From Fistulifera solaris (taxonomy: Eukaryota), in NCBI GenBank assembly GCA_030295235.1, contig AP026162.1, positions 1,364,001-1,428,000 on the forward strand: 64,000 nucleotides of DNA, written 5' to 3'. A program made the position numbers and the translations under genes. Position 1 is the first letter of the stretch. Each line of letters begins with the position of its first letter. Of the stretch, positions 35,354-46,058 are shown piece by piece. The notes under the pieces are model-generated. The model saw only the letters and a list, made by a program, of their open reading frames with translations, was not told the DNA's origin and made no database searches.

Positions 35354-37916
35354 ATGGAGTCTCTTTTACCAAGCCTTTCTTCAGACGATGAAGATCCGAA
35401 CATCGTGGAAGCGGAAAGCAGCGACGATGAAGTTGACGGCTCCTTTTCCTTTGGGGGTGTACTTGTAAGTTTTTACGAAGTGAACGAATAGATTTGCGTC
35501 GAAAAACAATCTCATTTCGTGCTTCTCTTTCGAATAGGGTGAAGATGGAGGAATTATGGATTCAAATGCGTCCACGTTGAACGGTTGGTCCTACCAAACT
35601 GCTTTGAATAGTATGAAACACAACGATAAATCGTCGATTGCCAACCTCGTCCCGAGACTCGATGTGAATGCATTGATTGCAGCAAAGCGAAAGTCCATTC
35701 CGAAAAAGGGTCAACCCGAGAAAGAAAAGAAAGAAGAAGAAGAAAACGATGATGACAACTCAGATGAAACCGATAGCAATGATAGCGACAGTGAAAGCGG
35801 AAGCAGCAGCGAAGATGACAGCGATGACGATAGCGAAGAAGAAGAGGTTGATGACGCGCAAGCGGCACTGGAAGATGACGTGTTAAAAACAAGAGCTGGC
35901 AAAGAGAAAGCGAAAATAGCCGATGACAAGGACGATGAGTCTGAGGGGAGTAGCGAGGAGGAAGACGAAGAAGAGAAAGCAAAAGTGGCTTCGTTTTTCG
36001 ACAATGAACATTCATCAGGCAACGCTGTTGCAGTATTCAATCAGCTCAGTCTATCACGTCCTCTTCTTCGCGGAGTGGCAGCCATGGGCTTTGTTGAGCC
36101 CACACCGATTCAGGCAGCAGTCATTCCCGTTGCTCTTTCTGGAAAGGATATTTGTGCTTCGGCAGTTACCGGTTCCGGAAAGACTGCTGCTTTTCTTTGC
36201 CGTTACTCGAAAGACTTCTTCACCGGCACCCCGGCCGTATCCAGGCTATCATTTTGACCCCAACGCGTGAGCTGGCGGCACAGTGCATAGGAATGCTTTC
36301 GACTTTAGCACAATTCACCAAGTTGCGTGCGGCTTTGATTGTCGGAGGAGCAAAGAATCTTAACGCACAGGCCGCTGAATTGCGCGCGAGACCTGAAATT
36401 GTGGTGGCTACACCTGGTCGCCTGTTGGATCATATTACAAACACAGCAGGAGTGGCGGTAGACGAGGTGGCGTTCCTCGTGTTGGACGAAGCGAATCGCT
36501 TGCTTGATCTTGGTTTTCAAGATGAAGTTCATCAGCTAGTGAAATCATGTCCTGTCTCTAGGCAAACTCTGCTTTTTTCGGCTACAATGAATACACGTGT
36601 CGATGAGCTAGTGAAACTTTCAATGAAACGGCCCGTAAGAGTGCGAGTGTCCGACAAGAAAGGCAATAAGGATATTGAAGTTGCACCTCGTTTGGAGCAA
36701 GAATTTGTACGAATTAGGTCCGGCAACGAAGGTATCAATCGCGAGGCATTGTTACTTGCGTTATTGAAGCGGACGTTCAAGAAACAAGTAATTGTATTCT
36801 TCGATACGAAGGCAGTAGCGCATCGCATGATGATTCTCTGTGGTCTGTGCGGTCTTAAAAGTGCCGAACTGCACGGTAATCTCACACAACAACAGCGATT
36901 GACGGCGCTGGATGACTTCACAACTGGCAAAGTAGACATTCTGCTTGCTACTGATCTTGCTGCACGCGGTCTAGATATTGAGAAAGTTGAAACAGTCATC
37001 AATTTCGAAATGCCTGCACAGATAGAAACCTACATTCATCGAATTGGCCGCACTGCTCGAGCTGGACGTGGTGGTAGGAGCTGTACGTTAATTGGCGAGG
37101 GCCGTCGACACCTCATGAAAGAGCTCATTAAGGATGCAGCTAGCAAGGCATCAACTGCCCGTTCCGGAAAAAGCACTTCTTCTCGCTTCGAATCGGGAGT
37201 GATTCGATCAAGATCCGTTCCATCAGCCGTGATAGCACACTTTGTGGGAATTATCGAGTCTATGGAAGACCACATAGAAGAAATCATGCAGGCTGAAGAA
37301 GTAGCAAGAATGGACAGAATTGCCGAAATGGAGGTGATCAAGGCACAAAACTTGATTGAGCACGGAGACGAGATAAAGAGCAGACCTCAGCGGGAATGGT
37401 TTGCAACTACCCGAGAGAAGCAAAAGAGATCCAAAGAAGCACAAGCCGAACTGCAAAAGCTTATAGCAGAAAAAGCCGGCACAGGAATGCATCGCATGAC
37501 CAGAAAAAAGCGACGAGCCAGAGAAGCATTGGAAGGCCTATCAGCTGGAGGAGACGAGGAAGGAGGAGAACAGCCCGACAAGAGTGTAAACATTAAGCTG
37601 AAAGCCAGAAAGAAAAAAGCGAGAAGAGGAAGAATTAAGACTGAAGAAGCACGAAAAAGATAGCTTACACGATCGCGATGTCGAAAAACAGAAGAAGATG
37701 AAGAAGCGTAAGATCACTGGAGCCGATGCGTCAGGCGACGGTAGCTTGTTCGCAGAGGAAAAGATTTCTCATGCTCCTCGCAAGTCTGAAAGCGAAAAAG
37801 GAGCCGTTGCATTTAAGAGTGCCTACAATTTCCGTGGTTACGACCCCGAGCGGAAGCTCGGAAAGAAGAAGGGTAGTCAGAAGTTCAAGTCGAAAAGCAA
37901 GTACAAGAGACGTTAG
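35354..37916 (+). CDS. DDX27: DEAD-box RNA helicase DRS1/DDX27 (60S biogenesis)
   Basis: Acidic N-terminus; '[17 protein letters not shown]', [24 protein letters not shown] (sic), SAT, 'LEQEFVRIR', [17 protein letters not shown]-terminal '[10 protein letters not shown]'. Intron at about 35465-35538 and homopolymer frameshifts. Confidence 0.92.
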
Positions 37917-38177
37917 AGATTGTTTGGTTGATCTGGCGATATTACACATGACTCTTACGCATTAACACTTTAACTATTAGTTTTTAAGAACTTTTAATGA
38001 TTTTATACGCATCAGCTAAACGAAGTGATGTTCAATTTTCTCTTTGTTATATTTACTTCGTCATAGTTAGCAGACGTTTAGCATGTTTGTAGCAATGTTT
38101 ACACTTGTAGATGATTCAATTTTTCATTTCGTGGTGACGGTAATGTGCAGTGCGTATCATAATGATCCAGCAGTGCT

Positions 38178-39359
38178 CTATTCAAAATAGCACTCTTCCG
38201 AGGAATCATGCCAAATACAACTGAGCGTCGGAGAATCCATGATCGAAAGATCATCTTCATACTCTTGTGTAACTTCCATGCATCGTGCGGCAAAACTCTT
38301 CAAGATGTCGACGTCGTCGTTCAATGAAGGTGGTTCATCAAAGCTCCTCGAACGAAGCGGGCCAATACCGCTGTCTCGGAGCATCTTGAGAATGAGTTCG
38401 GGAGAAGGTCTTCCGAAGAAAATTTGTTGTTCAATTGGCAACCAGGCGAAGCTAAAGTACTCTTGGCCAATGATAATGAGCTGTCCGTCCATCATTTGAC
38501 TATTTTTGAACCCTTCTTCAGCTACTTGTCCTAGTCCACTGTATCTTGGGAGCTGACTTGTTCCCCATCGGCGAGCAGCTTTGTCGGTGAGTTTGATGGG
38601 GTCTAGCTTTGCCTGTTCACCCGAAAAATCAAAACCTTTACCGCTCTTGTGTTGAGTTCCTCCCGCAGCCGTTTTGAAGATCTTCAACGGATCGAGGTCA
38701 ACTTTGAAGGTAAGTTCGCCTCGCGGAACGTTTCGGTCACCCGTGACCTTCTCTGCAATCAATGTATCATCCACATAGGTCACATTGATCAATTCATAGC
38801 CATGTGTTCCGTACTTTCCGACCCAAAGACCTTCTAAATTGAACTGCGGCAAACAACTGCGGGCTACTGTCGCCCGCTCCTGATGCAACGCTGCATCCTC
38901 CATTCTGTTTTCCGCCAGAGCATCGCGACATGCTACTTTCTCCAACATGTACACCAGCTCCGGATCTTTTTGTTCCACCTCGCGTAGCTTATTGCGTGTC
39001 TTTCGTTCTTCGCTCTCTTTGCCTTGAGTCATCGCGTCGACCAAATAAGACGACAACCGTTCCATCTCCGATCGCAAATCCCAAAGTTCGTCACCAAATG
39101 TCACAAACTGAGATCTCTTTTCGTTATCAATTTCCATCCTTCGACGGCGGATTTCATTTTGTGGCAATGGTTCTAGCTCGGAGAATTCCTTGTGGCGACG
39201 TGAATACTCCTCCGGTCCTCGGGCGACTTCGGAAGCGAGAGGAGCGAGTCTCGACTGGCTGCTTACCGAACGTAAAGCAAAGGGAAGATTCGAAAAGGCG
39301 GAAGCAACAGTAACATAGGATATGACAACTGAAACTAGGATATTCCTTGAGAAAGCCAT
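38178..39359 (-). CDS. Plastid-targeted EXECUTER-like protein (UVR-like helices plus DUF3506/Cyclin_D1_bind domain), paralogue 1
   Basis: Signal peptide ending VASA-F, then 'LEGLWVGKYGTHGYELINV..LIAEKVTGDRNVPRGELTF' and 'YSGLGQVAEEGF..DGQL..FSFAW'. Confidence 0.8.
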   Translation of the reverse strand: MAFSRNILVSVVISYVTVASAFSNLPFALRSVSSQSRLAPLASEVARGPEEYSRRHKEFSELEPLPQNEIRRRRMEIDNEKRSQFVTFGDELWDLRSEMERLSSYLVDAMTQGKESEERKTRNKLREVEQKDPELVYMLEKVACRDALAENRMEDAALHQERATVARSCLPQFNLEGLWVGKYGTHGYELINVTYVDDTLIAEKVTGDRNVPRGELTFKVDLDPLKIFKTAAGGTQHKSGKGFDFSGEQAKLDPIKLTDKAARRWGTSQLPRYSGLGQVAEEGFKNSQMMDGQLIIIGQEYFSFAWLPIEQQIFFGRPSPELILKMLRDSGIGPLRSRSFDEPPSLNDDVDILKSFAARCMEVTQEYEDDLSIMDSPTLSCIWHDSSEECYFE

Positions 39360-40206
39360 GGTTGTTGTGATGAACGATCCGTTTGTTCTGTCGCCGAACC
39401 AGAATTTTGTGAGAAAGGGTGGAGAAACGGAGCCAAAAGTTGCCCCGCTTCGCGCCCTTTTCCGCTCACGTCGTTGTCAACGATGTCAAAGGGTTGTCTT
39501 CGTGAATGACGTAGACCAAAAACTGCGATTACTATGTGACACAAAGTAGTATCCGAAAGCCCAAACTGGTCGTACTTCACCTTGCGTCATCGCAGATTTC
39601 TCTCCCGGACTACAAATAAAGCCTATACTACAGATGAAGTTTCTATTGTGACGAATGTCGTACCACTTTTGAGAGACTCGCTTATAACAAAGCATAAGTA
39701 AAGAAACAGGACTCATCTATTTTTTTGTCCCGTTTCTGCGGACGGCGCTCAATGACGTCATTGTGCCTGTAATTCTTCCTTGAGGTTGGAGATCGCGACT
39801 GACTCATTTTCCGGGACCCGTCTACAATGTGTCACAGCCAACCATGCGACCGCGCCGAACGGGGTGTCAAACGGAAAAAATCGCTGCTGTCGTCGCACTT
39901 TTTGTGAACCGGCAGAAACGCGCCACGTGAGTGGATTGGATTCTCACTCCTTGCATCTCTCCGACATTCAAACCAACTGATCTTTCTCCGCCTGACATTT
40001 TTCGGAGGTCCAACGAACTCTTTCAAGTACTTGTGGTGCATCAATCCGTTCGGCAAACGTTCACAGCAGCAACAAGTGCTTCTACGTTTTCTAGCACCTC
40101 CGCCACCTCCCGATATTTGCTAACAAGCGGTGGGCAGCCAAGCTTTGTGCTTTCGCGGTGAGGTCATTTGAGTTTTTTTTTCTAAAATAAGGAGTGTCTT
40201 TCGACC

Positions 40207-41283
40207 ATGCGAACTGCAACCTTGTTTGTTTGTATCACCGCAATCGTCCACGAAACGGCTGCCTTTACCCACCCAAGTCTTCTGCGGCATTCGTTGCTTC
40301 ATAAAGCAGCGTCCTTCAACGCACATTCCGAGGAGTCGTCGTCCGATCCATCGGCTTTTCACGGCATCTCTTCGCACGAGTTGCGACACATGAAAGAAGC
40401 CAAAGTACGCAAAAGCGAGTCACACCAAACCTCCAAGTCATTTGTGTCCGGTGATGACCTGCAGAGCTTGCGCCGCGAAGTTCTTAGTCTCAACCAAGAG
40501 CGCCAGAAACTCTTAACTGCCAACCGCGATCCACATCGGGTGGCCGAGTTGGAGCAAGCGATATGGCAAGCCCAACAAGTGGACGCCGAATATGTATATT
40601 ACATTTCTCAGTTGCGGGCGGAAAAAGCCGAAGAGGAAGGTGACTTGAAACGAGCGCAGCAGCACCGCAAACAAGCCAAACGAGCTCGCTCGGAACTTCC
40701 GCAATTCAACCTAGATGGACTCTGGGTAGGAAGATACGGAAATCACGGATTTGAAATGATTAATATTACGTACGCGGGTGATACGATGATTGCTTACAAA
40801 GTCACCGACAACGACAACGTTCCTTCGGGTGAAGTCTCTTTCACGGTCGATCTCAGTCCCAACCCCAAGACGATTCACGGCGAAACACCGTTGCTTGAAC
40901 CGATTGAATTGAATCATGATGCGGCGGAACAATGGGGCTTAAAGTACTTGCCTCGTTTTACTGGTCGCGGACAAGTAGCTCGGAAAGGGTTCCGCAACGC
41001 ACAGTGGGTAGAAGGTCAGCTTATCTTGGTCAACAAGTATTTCAGTTTCGCCTGGCTCCCCATCGGTCATCAAGTATTCTTCGGTAGACCTTCGGCCGAA
41101 CTCACACTCAAGATGCTTCGTGAATCGCGATCGAAACGATTTGCGGATGAGAGCTCACGCGCCTTTTTGACACGTTGTTGGGAAGAGACCGCCTATATTG
41201 AAGACGACATGGATGTTACCGACGGAATATTCAAATCGCATGATCAGTCGTTTTATTATGACCAAGCCGGGTGTTTCGAGTAA
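40207..41283 (+). CDS. Plastid-targeted EXECUTER-like protein (DUF3506/Cyclin_D1_bind), paralogue 2
   Basis: Signal peptide ending TAA-F, then 'LDGLWVGRYGNHGFEMINI..MIAYKVTDNDNVPSGEVSF' and 'FTGRGQVARKGF..EGQL..FSFAWLP'. Collinear with paralogue 1. Confidence 0.8.
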   Translation: MRTATLFVCITAIVHETAAFTHPSLLRHSLLHKAASFNAHSEESSSDPSAFHGISSHELRHMKEAKVRKSESHQTSKSFVSGDDLQSLRREVLSLNQERQKLLTANRDPHRVAELEQAIWQAQQVDAEYVYYISQLRAEKAEEEGDLKRAQQHRKQAKRARSELPQFNLDGLWVGRYGNHGFEMINITYAGDTMIAYKVTDNDNVPSGEVSFTVDLSPNPKTIHGETPLLEPIELNHDAAEQWGLKYLPRFTGRGQVARKGFRNAQWVEGQLILVNKYFSFAWLPIGHQVFFGRPSAELTLKMLRESRSKRFADESSRAFLTRCWEETAYIEDDMDVTDGIFKSHDQSFYYDQAGCFE

Positions 41284-41744
41284 CGCTCTTTGTTGGACGG
41301 TCGATTGCGAAGACACTCGAGCTTACCTCAATGCTTTCGAATCGTCTTTGACATTCTCCACCGCTCCTGTGAAATCTCATGTAAACCACTTCTGTACACT
41401 ATTGTTTTCTCAAATATTCACAACACATCACAAGAATACTGACAAATGATAATTCGATAAATATTAGATTTTCGATTATGTGAAACGTATTTGGTTCAAT
41501 GGCTTTTCGAGGTCGCGAGAGATAGTTCGTGTCATTGTTCAATCGATCTAGCCTCTACACCAATTTCGCCTACGGTGTACTTTATCTTTGTCGAAAGATG
41601 ATGACTAGTCTAGAGAGATGAGAGATGTAGGCACTAGTCTAATTAAAAAAATGCCACTATTACTTCCGCTGAAAAGCTGAGTGCAAGGTAAGGTAAACCT
41701 CCTTCGGCAGAAAATCTGTAGAATTTAAAACAAGTCCACAGAAT

Positions 41745-42260
41745 TTCTGAGTAAACTGCATCTCTACGAGCAGGAAATCTGAGTGTCTTACCTGTGAAAT
41801 GAGCATGGATTGAGCAGAGGAAATCAAGTAAAGGCGACGACGAAAGTGACATCACAAAATTGCAATTGGTGCTTTAGAATTGTCGCATTGTGATAAAGGC
41901 AATAAAAGGCTTCGAATTTAGTCGATCTGAACGGGCTCAGGTGGCACACCGCCCCTCGGAAAATTTTTACTCGTGATTAAGTTGCAGTCGTGTCGAATGT
42001 CGCCTTCACTTTGGCTTTATAGTGGTTAAGGAAGGCAGCGACCCACGCCGCAATTTTCTACATAGAAAATCGAGGCGCGCCTTGCAAATGCTGCGAAAAG
42101 AGTTGAATTGTGTTGAAAAACAAATTAGCTCAACATGTTTGCAGAGTGAAAGGAGGTAGAAGGTAGCAGCTGGAATCGAAAGATTGATAATTCATGACTG
42201 AAATGCAGTCCCGATAAACTTGATTTTTTTAACACTTAGCGGCTACAGTAAATTTGACGA
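41745..42260 (+). repeat. ~220-bp palindrome-anchored dispersed repeat, locus C
   Basis: Anchors tgagtaaactgcatc (G 41749, degenerate), tcgtgattaagttgcagtcgtg (G 41975) and ttcatgactgaaatgcagtc (G 42196), spaced 226 and 221 bp. The 41975-42196 interval is homologous to locus D. Confidence 0.75.
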
Positions 42261-42401
42261 CAACGATTTTTAACCGCGGTCTCCTTTTCGTTGCTACTAC
42301 GATGACCCTGCAAATGTTATTAGTACGTACCTGGTACAACTCATTCATCCAGCAATAAATATTCGATTTACGAAACAATAGTGCGCAAACGGCGACATAC
42401 C

Positions 42402-42755
42402 ATGAGCTCCAGTGAAAAGTCGCAATCGGAAGCTTCGAGTATTAACGATGAAACTGTGAACGAACCGACCGACGACGTCGGCGTCGAATTTTGCTACGAC
42501 GAAAAGGAAGACCCAATGTTTCAACCCACAGAAGAGGACGTGGAACGTATACAAAATAAATTATTAGAGGCTTTAAATGCGGAACATCAAATGCTTGAAA
42601 GACAAAATCAACTTTACGAAGAACAGCGAGATCTGAAAATAGCCATCGAGCGCGCAGAAACTGACACAAGGCTTCTAGCACTTCAGAAAACGAAGGAGCT
42701 TCTCAAGTCTCGGTTGGAAGAGTTTGAGCCGAGAACTGAGAGTTCTCTCGGTTAG
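42402..42755 (+). CDS. Small hypothetical coiled-coil protein
   Basis: ATG at 42402, acidic N-terminus and heptad-rich C-terminal half. Confidence 0.55.
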   Translation: MSSSEKSQSEASSINDETVNEPTDDVGVEFCYDEKEDPMFQPTEEDVERIQNKLLEALNAEHQMLERQNQLYEEQRDLKIAIERAETDTRLLALQKTKELLKSRLEEFEPRTESSLG

Positions 42756-43341
42756 CTACCACCAGATTACTAGCGACAACTGTTGTGCACGAAACGCTAA
42801 GCTAGATTTACTCAAGAATGACTGAGTAAAGCGCGCGATCCTTTTCGCATACGATTGATTCAAAAGTTTCTCCACTGGTCGGACCTTTGAACTTTGAGAT
42901 CAAATTACCTTATAGAGCTTTGCCACTCGCCTTTTTGTGTCAGCTCATGTCGGCATTCAGAAGGTGCCAAAGCGAGGTTTGTGCTTCGTGACAAAGGACT
43001 TTGACAATTCTTGAAAAGACTAGTTACACTAGCTACGATTTTCATTCTATGTTGCCTTAAAAATTAAACTTCGTGCGATACCTCTAGTTTATGGTCTATG
43101 AAAACTACAAGCAATTTTGTCCAAAAGACGATGCGATAACCATTAGTACAAATGGACAAGTAAGATAACCTAGGATAGGCGTCTGCACAACCGTCCGGCT
43201 TTAACAATAAGCAATTGCCAAAAAGGGGGAGCATGTTCATTGCACTGGATATCGGATCTACAAACTATGCATATAAACAGATTGAACATTTGCAAAAATA
43301 TCGTTCTGTAAAGGCCATACGGGCTTTTATCGACGAAAGCG

Positions 43342-43956
43342 ATGAAATCGGCTGCAATAATGATGCTCAACGTTGTGATACTCGTCATGTTGTCGCTCCT
43401 TCATCAGAGTCAATGCTTTGTAGGGCGTTTATCATTTTCCAGACTCACAGCCACACAACAACGGATGCCTAGTCCGCTACAGAAAGGACCAAGACTAGCT
43501 CTTCTGGACAAAAATGCTACGGACACCGACGAATTCGAGTTTAACGTCGCGGATTTTTTCGGCATCGCTGTGGGTGCGCAGCTTTTAGGTCTTCAGGATG
43601 TTTTAGGCGAACCAAGTTTTTGGAAGGATGGAGGGTGGTTTCAACCTGTTACGATTGAATCCGGAGGCTCTGTTCTATCTGAGCTAGTACAGCGTTTCTC
43701 TGTCATGTGTTCAGTATTTCTTGGTGCTTCATGGATCCTTGGGTCTCCAAAAGCGTTACCCGACAACATTAGTATCCTCAGCTTTGCAATCAAAACTGCG
43801 ACCATATATGGGATGATTCGGCTTCTTCTCGAGCTTTTCACAGCTACAATGTTGAACGGAGAGTTTAGTTTATCGCAGACTTTGCGTGAGACCTATATGA
43901 TTGGCCTGGCTATTGCTACCACAAGATACATCTTGAGCAATTATATCTATCGATGA
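43342..43956 (+). CDS. Hypothetical membrane protein, probably plastid-targeted
   Basis: Signal peptide ending SQC-F, an S/R/T-rich transit-like region, then 3-4 hydrophobic helices. Confidence 0.6.
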   Translation: MKSAAIMMLNVVILVMLSLLHQSQCFVGRLSFSRLTATQQRMPSPLQKGPRLALLDKNATDTDEFEFNVADFFGIAVGAQLLGLQDVLGEPSFWKDGGWFQPVTIESGGSVLSELVQRFSVMCSVFLGASWILGSPKALPDNISILSFAIKTATIYGMIRLLLELFTATMLNGEFSLSQTLRETYMIGLAIATTRYILSNYIYR

Positions 43957-44384
43957 ATACGAGATTGATACTGTATTTCAAGTCGTTGATCAGTGTTTGC
44001 TCATGGTTTTCTAGTTACTGCGATTAATTGCCTATCAATGCCACCTTAGTTTTCCGGCAACCGCCCCAACCTTGCTTTTGTACTGCACTTATAAAAAACA
44101 AAAAGATACGTAGAACTAGGGTAATAAATAACGGTACGATAGGAATACTTAGGAGAATCACGAGGAACCGCGAGATAAATCTTCAATTATTTACGGTTTT
44201 GCGATAGCGTGCACCTCTAAACATATCCTAAATATTCAGTACCAGATCAAAAATACTTAGATGGATTCCAAGATCTTCCATCTCCGAAAACTCCACCCCG
44301 CATTTCTTTCTGTCCATTATTTCCCAAACAACATTTGCTGCAAGTTTTCGGGTCGATTTGACAAAACACCTTACTCAAGCAATC

Positions 44385-45728
44385 ATGTCATCTCGTATAG
44401 AAAGAATGAGGGATAGTCATGGCAATGAGATAGAAGAAATCGAAAAAAGGTTGAGAATTTTGCGATTACGGGCGCGTTTTGCAGCCGCAAGAGATCGGGC
44501 AAACAAACTAGTAGATCATGGTGACTCGAATAGAACTCACTCGAAAGCCCACAATGAATCTCGGAAGTCGTATCGTGATCACGATCATCGACCCCAAATA
44601 AACCGACAGCCAAGAGCCTTTGAATCAAGAGGGGGCATCTTGGACACTGGCTTGTGCGCCCTTCCTTATCATGGGTTTGCCATGCGATTGTTCGGATCCG
44701 AAAGTGAGGATGATGAGTATTTGTTCAGCGACGATGATAATAGCATTCTAGATGAGGATCGGAGTGACGAAGACGATGAAATAATGTCTCGTATTCTTAT
44801 CCCATCTTCGATCCGCCATGTTGCTCCTATCCATCAGACTGGTCGGCGTTACGTCACTCCATCTTCTCTACAAGCTACTTTCCCCAATGTAGAAGATGTA
44901 AAAAAGAACTCTTCGCAAAAGAAAGCTGTTTTATCTAAGAATGCGCATCATGAATCATTCAATCCTCCGCCGGTGCTACGTCAAGACTTGACGTGTACTT
45001 CGACGATTTCCAGTCATCCCCAGTCCTCGAAAACTAAAAACCACGAGCACTCGTCTTCATCCATTAAGACAAGTGATACGAAGAAAACTTGGTTAAGTCG
45101 TCTCAAGTGCCAGTCTCACGCTGACAAAGATGACATCTGGATCCCTAAAAATATCCCCCACATTCCCCTGGAACACGACATTCATAATTGGAATGTTGGA
45201 CATTCGCGTCAACCAGATAAGTCGAATGTCCTTCGAAGTAAGACCTGGAATCAAGATGACTCAAGCACGATTGCTACTTATCCAAGCATCGAGGTGAAAC
45301 AACCGAAACCAATGAGACGGACAAGACCGGAATCAGAAAACCCATCAACCCCTTCTCACGTTCAGTCACCTTTTGACGGATCTTCTTACGAAAATGCGAC
45401 CCCATTGGCGCACTCTCGTATTAAACCCAATCGATCGGTATCAACAGGGCGCTCGCGATCTTTGAATAGTTCGTCGGGGAGTGGGGTCCGTCCATTGACT
45501 ACTCCGAAACAAGGTTTGCCACGTGTCGGAACAGAACATTCGCGCAAGTCGACTAGCTCGTCGAAGAGCAGAAGCAAGACGAAAATGGTTTCAAAGCCCT
45601 TATCAATTGATCTGAAGCTGTCCGCCTCTGACGACAGTGCTGATCCCTATGAAACTATCCAGTATTTCCGGACACCTTATGGACAGCTTAAAATGGGGAC
45701 GGGGACAATACCACCATCGTGGTGGTAG
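44385..45728 (+). CDS. Hypothetical S/R/D-rich disordered protein
   Basis: Uninterrupted ORF of about 447 codons with no recognisable domain. Confidence 0.55.
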   Translation: MSSRIERMRDSHGNEIEEIEKRLRILRLRARFAAARDRANKLVDHGDSNRTHSKAHNESRKSYRDHDHRPQINRQPRAFESRGGILDTGLCALPYHGFAMRLFGSESEDDEYLFSDDDNSILDEDRSDEDDEIMSRILIPSSIRHVAPIHQTGRRYVTPSSLQATFPNVEDVKKNSSQKKAVLSKNAHHESFNPPPVLRQDLTCTSTISSHPQSSKTKNHEHSSSSIKTSDTKKTWLSRLKCQSHADKDDIWIPKNIPHIPLEHDIHNWNVGHSRQPDKSNVLRSKTWNQDDSSTIATYPSIEVKQPKPMRRTRPESENPSTPSHVQSPFDGSSYENATPLAHSRIKPNRSVSTGRSRSLNSSSGSGVRPLTTPKQGLPRVGTEHSRKSTSSSKSRSKTKMVSKPLSIDLKLSASDDSADPYETIQYFRTPYGQLKMGTGTIPPSWW

Positions 45729-46058
45729 ATCAATTTGCATAAAAATTTTAATAATTGTTGTAATTGTCATTTGTCCACATGCTGCTCCTTTTCTTGACTG
45801 ATGTTTATCACCAGAGCTGAATCCGTCAGCGTTGGTTAGCGTTAGCCTTTCCATCTTTCAAATTCGGATTTCAGATTCTGTTTGGCGATAACAAGACGTT
45901 TTACACAATAGATTTTGTGACAGCATTCGTTAAGTAGAAACCGAGCGTTGGGCGTTGTGTGGAGTCACATTTTTTAGAAGTGTTTTTCGTTTTCTGTTCC
46001 ACTTGCAGCCGATGGAGTGCATGTTCCTTTCCACATGAACTTTTACTGAAACATCAGC

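Noticed and set aside
42000..42060. tRNA-like TAGTGGTTAAG
   Set aside because: No T-arm GTTCRA or cloverleaf. The segment is the second palindrome of the 220-bp repeat.
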